From Somniosus microcephalus (taxonomy: Eukaryota): a stretch of DNA of 64,000 bases. The stretch's first letter is position 1, and each line of letters begins with the position of its first letter. The stretch covers positions 70,990,001 through 71,054,000 of the forward strand of contig CM126215.1 in assembly GCA_052327205.1 (NCBI GenBank), in the 5' to 3' direction. Below the pieces are notes generated by a model. That model was not told the DNA's origin. It searched no databases and saw only the letters and a list, made by a program, of their open reading frames with translations. Shown here one piece after another: positions 63,901 through 64,000 of the stretch. A program made the translations under genes and the position numbers.

Positions 63901-64000
63901 CCAGTAATCTAATTAAGGGCCAGTGTGATCTCCTGCACTAGTTTCGATTCCCTAATTGGCTTGGGTTTTTATTTGGTTTCTCACCTCTCCCAGGAGATTA

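Overview
Vertebrate genomic DNA, almost certainly an elasmobranch (shark or ray): it carries an HE1 V-SINE, CR1/HER1-type LINEs, a Deu-domain SINE and Penelope-type palindromes. The only protein-coding gene I can support is the 5' half of BCOR (BCL6 corepressor, PRC1.1 subunit) on the minus strand. It comprises ATG exon 15434-15519, a small exon 7761-7851 and the very large exon 518-3370. The three join in frame with canonical GT-AG sites, and the gene runs off the left edge. From about 3.4 to 41 kb the introns are dense with nested LINEs, SINEs and MITEs, several with intact TIRs and TSDs. Upstream lie several CpG-rich candidate promoters or non-coding first exons, a gapped polypurine tract (33-35.4 kb) and a roughly 20 kb transposon-poor, CpG-retaining domain (41-61 kb). 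Most notable: an inverted CR1 pair flanking the start-codon exon, a 5'-inverted (twin-primed) RTE LINE, a Penelope-type palindrome with decayed hammerhead cores, and a diverged BCL6-binding peptide. I found no evidence of a wholly new multi-gene system. Repeat family names come from recalled consensus motifs, not a database search.
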